A DNA stretch of 64,000 bases from Amoebophrya sp. A120 (lineage: Eukaryota; Protista; Dinoflagellata), in NCBI GenBank assembly GCA_905178155.1, contig CAJINV010000004.1, forward strand, positions 5,682,828 through 5,746,827, in the 5' to 3' direction. Below, in pieces: positions 61,301-64,000 of this stretch. Within the stretch, counting starts at the first letter, position 1. Every line of letters begins with the position of its first letter. Position numbers and translations under genes: made by a program. The notes under the pieces are model-generated. The model did not search any database. It saw nothing but the letters and a program-made list of their open reading frames with translations, and had not been told where the DNA came from.

Positions 61301-64000
61301 AACGATATTTTCGTTCTCAACTTGCTCATACTGTAACTGGCACTGCTGCGTGTGCGTGCTTTTCCCGCCAGAAAAGCCACACGCACCGTCCTCTCCTTGT
61401 AGGAAGCTCCTTACAGATACAGGTGGAGGTGCATTGTCTTCATCACCGGAGCCTTCACTGTGCGAGTGTGTTACGGAGGTATCCTCTCGCCGCGGCTCCC
61501 GCACGTTGCACAGGAGCACCTGGTGCAGCTCCTCCCAGAAGAAGCCGAAGGTGGTGAAAAGCAGGTTAGTCCATTTTCGACTCACCACCGAACTGTCGTT
61601 TCCGACGCGGTGTGCCACCGTGACTGGGGAGATTTTTAGGTTTACCCTCGTCCTGCTCCTGTGAGGCAGAGCCGGTGGATCTTCAAGAGATATCAACCTT
61701 GGACCTGCACTTGTACCAGCAGTAGCAGCTACGCCATTGTCTCCTCTTCTGGCTGCTCTTTTCGCCTTCCGCAAGAGCTGTTTTCGCACTTGGTCTGCCA
61801 CTTGCCGAGTTCCATCGCGCCTGGGTTGGACAAGTAAAACACACAACTGCTCGCTTGTGAGCTTGGTCGACTTCGCATAATTTTTTGCACGACTAGTACG
61901 CAGCGTGTTCTTGTTGACAAAGCGACTCTTGGTACTGTTTTCGGATTCAACAGCAGGGCCGCTGTTGCTTGAAGATGTGAGATTATCGTGGGCACCTCGC
62001 GCGGAATTCAAATTCTTGTCCATCAGGTCGTAAAAATTCCTGTCCGCCGCTTCTTCGAAAAGGTACTGTGGGAGTTGTGTGGACTTTCCGCTGCCCGTGG
62101 CGCCAATGATGCAGCAAACCGGGTGTAGGTCAATATGGGCGAGAATCTCGCCCCGGCAGGCGGCGATCGGAAGGCTTTGATGCACATTGACGCGTTTATT
62201 GCTTCTCGTCCTGGATGAAGCACAAGCAGCAGGAAGAAACGACCTTTGGTCAGCAGATAACTGGAAGTCCGTTTTTGCTTTCCGGAGGGAAAGTTCTTGC
62301 GCCTGTTGTGGACGAGTCGCCGTATTTATCATAGACAGGAACGTAATGCTGCTGTGTTCATCTTCCTGGAAATCAAAATCATAGATTAAGTTCTGGAGAA
62401 GGAGTTCTGTCAGAAAACATCAAAAGCAAATGCAAAACATCGCAAGACTACTTAGATCAATAAGCACCTGGTCTGAATGCGAATTTCCCTCAAGCGCGTT
62501 GGCGTTACCCTCCTCGTCGATGGTCATTTTCGTGTCGCCGTCGTCAGATTTTCCAGTGCCACGCCAGGAGAGAAAAAAGATGTCTTCGTCCGTTGAAGCA
62601 ACCTCGTAGTACTCGTTGTCGTTCTCGTCACCGGCACGATCTTCGTGTCTAAGCGCTGCGTTTTGGTTTTTTTCCTCCTTTTCCGATTCGGAGCAGAAGT
62701 TGTTCTCGTCGCCGAATAGCATGCTTTCCTCTTCGTCGACGACCATTTCAAAGAATTCGTCGTGCGCTCTCTGTTGTCTCCCGCCCCCGAAGTAGTAAAT
62801 TCCGCCCGGCAGAAATAAAGCGTCTCTTGTTTCCGAGAAAATTTCCCACAGCGCCTCGCAGTCAAAAGCTGTACTTCTAGCCGAAGCACCGGAGAACAGA
62901 ACTTCCTGGAGTAAAGAACGCTTTTTGGCTGTGATGTCCGCTGCTACTGTTGATCCTGTCCTAGTAGCCGAGGTTGTACTGGAAGCAGACGACCCCCCTG
63001 CGACAGCAGGAAAAAGCGTCAACGCATCCGCCATCCGTCTGTTTAAAGCGGTTATGGGCTTCGGCGGACCTCGGACCTTTCGCTCCGATTTTTTGGAACC
63101 TCCAGCGTCAACGACCAGCCCCGGGTAGCAGTCGTGCAGGTTGAAGTCGTTCAAACAACCGCAATTGAGCAAAAGCGAGAGTATATTTTCCTCTTCTTGT
63201 TCTACTTTTTCAGCCGGCGTCGACGTCTTCGACGTAGTACTAGATGTGGCATCTTGAAGATCTTCGTGAAACTCCTTTGTTCTGCGCCTCGTCTCAGATG
63301 TTGCTGAAAACACGAACCCAAGCTTTTTGACAACCGTGCGAAGCAGCGGCTCGAGAACGTAGCACCGCTCGGCGCAGTAAGAAAGCAGCTCGGGCGAAGG
63401 CGCAGCAGGAGGAGGAGCTGCTGCTGCATAATTGTTAGCAGCAATTCTACTGCGAGAACTACCGGAAGGGGTAGAGGTAGTTGTTCGTCTCCCTCCTGCT
63501 GTTGATCGGAGTGTGCAGTATCGTTCTGATTCTCCGGAAAGGCGCAGGGACCGATCCCAGACAGACTCGGAAGTCAATACATTGTCGAGCGAAGCGTTCT
63601 GCTCCAAGTGCTGAATCATGGCGCTAAGATCATGCTGGTGCTCTTCTTGCTGGTCAGCATCAGTAAGCGACGTACCATGTTGTCGTAGATCACGACCATC
63701 TTCAATGTCGGTCAGTAAGTACTGAATGAAAAGCGCTTGGACGTCCAGGAGGTTGAGAACGGTTTTGTCCACTTTTCGGCCGGCCTGTTTCTGTTTCCTC
63801 TGAAATAAGGCAGAAGTCGATGAAGTCGCAGATGTTGATGCAATGCCTTTATCCTCCACGTAATCAACATAATCCAGCTGGTCCTCGAAATCTAGAAAGG
63901 TCTTCAACAGAAACCATTCCTTGACCTTGAATGAAAAGAAAAGCTTCAACAAATTCTTTTCTTCCAGAACTTTCAAGCGCAGGACCTTCGCGCACTTTCC
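43384..64000 (-). CDS. Giant (>6275 aa, 5'-truncated) protein with two tandem DEAH/RHA-family RNA helicase cores
   Basis: Core 1: GATGSGKST, QPRR, IILDEMHE, MSAT, ILVFLPG, ATTIAQTSITIPD, QRAGRTGRT. Core 2: APTGTGKST, QPRR, IILDEAHE, MSAT, LLVFLPG, STNICETGVTLP, QRRGRVGRVQPG. The frame is continuous after removing one GT-AG intron (62366-62467) and 7 introners, each plus 5 nt (18828 nt = 6276 codons). Confidence 0.85.
48560..48790. mobile_element. Introner intron, family D
   Basis: TATGACAGTGCACAACTCCCC...GGGGTTGTGCACTCTCAACATA. TSD GCCCA/GCACA (4/5). Splits motif VI from QPG. Confidence 0.9.
48991..49207. mobile_element. Old introner intron
   Basis: TATGCAACGCAA...TTGCGCCAGTGCATA. TSD decayed. 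Removing element+5 joins HVPD to NELHILLSTN. Confidence 0.68.
50909..51161. mobile_element. Introner intron, family A
   Basis: TATGGATTGCAAAAATGTCTGGGTCTGGAA...TTCCAGACCCAGACATTTTTACATTTGATA. Perfect TSD GTAGA. Confidence 0.93.
51225..51379. mobile_element. Introner intron, family B
   Basis: TATTCATTGCAAAAGTAT...GATACTTTTGCACAGGATA. Perfect TSD TTGCG. Removal brings the QPRR motif into frame. Confidence 0.92.
52689..52956. mobile_element. Introner intron, family A
   Basis: TATCAAATGTAAAAATGTCTGGGTCTGGAAGA matches the reverse complement of the right end. TSD TCGAA/TAGAA (4/5). Close inverted homolog of 3360-3621. Confidence 0.93.
54376..54647. mobile_element. Introner intron, family C (TGT variant left end)
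   Basis: TGTCCTGTGGAAAAGCGTCCCCAC...GTGGAAACGTTTTTACTCAGGATA. Perfect TSD GCGAG. Confidence 0.92.
54714..54969. mobile_element. Introner intron, family A
   Basis: TATCAAATGCAAATATGTCTGGGTCTGGA...TCCAGACCCAGACATATTTGCACTTGATA. Perfect TSD TGCGA. Confidence 0.93.
62366..62467 (-). other. Canonical GT-AG spliceosomal intron (102 bp)
   Basis: CAG|GTGCTT...TTTGATTTCCAG|GAA joins HSDQ to EDEHSSITFLSMINT in frame. Confidence 0.8.

Noticed and set aside
43384-62332. Two separate helicase genes, as the ORF track suggests
   Set aside because: Every intervening stop codon lies inside an introner, and the frame is continuous after removal.

Overview
Compact eukaryotic genomic DNA. Every gene I can reconstruct is on the minus strand. 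The style fits a syndinian dinoflagellate such as Amoebophrya (inference from the non-canonical, inverted-repeat introns). The main signal is 32 short elements of 135-362 bp from several sequence families. They have TAT...ATA termini (three with single-base variants), terminal inverted repeats (TIRs) and 5-bp target-site duplications (TSDs), and they interrupt coding exons. Removing element plus one TSD copy restores the reading frame at all 31 clearly exonic sites, and conditionally at the 32nd. They therefore behave as non-GT-AG introns (introner elements), in either orientation. Splicing them out by hand gives three recognisable genes: an expanded ARPC4 (354 aa, 5 introners), a ~2211-aa LYR-like + DUF179/YqgE protein (10 introners), and a >6275-aa protein with two complete tandem DEAH helicase cores. 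The window also holds low-complexity and coiled-coil hypothetical genes, a fragmented coding-like region at 12.9-19.7 kb, and a nested palindrome array at 22.9 kb. No transposase was seen. All gene models were made manually, without RNA evidence.
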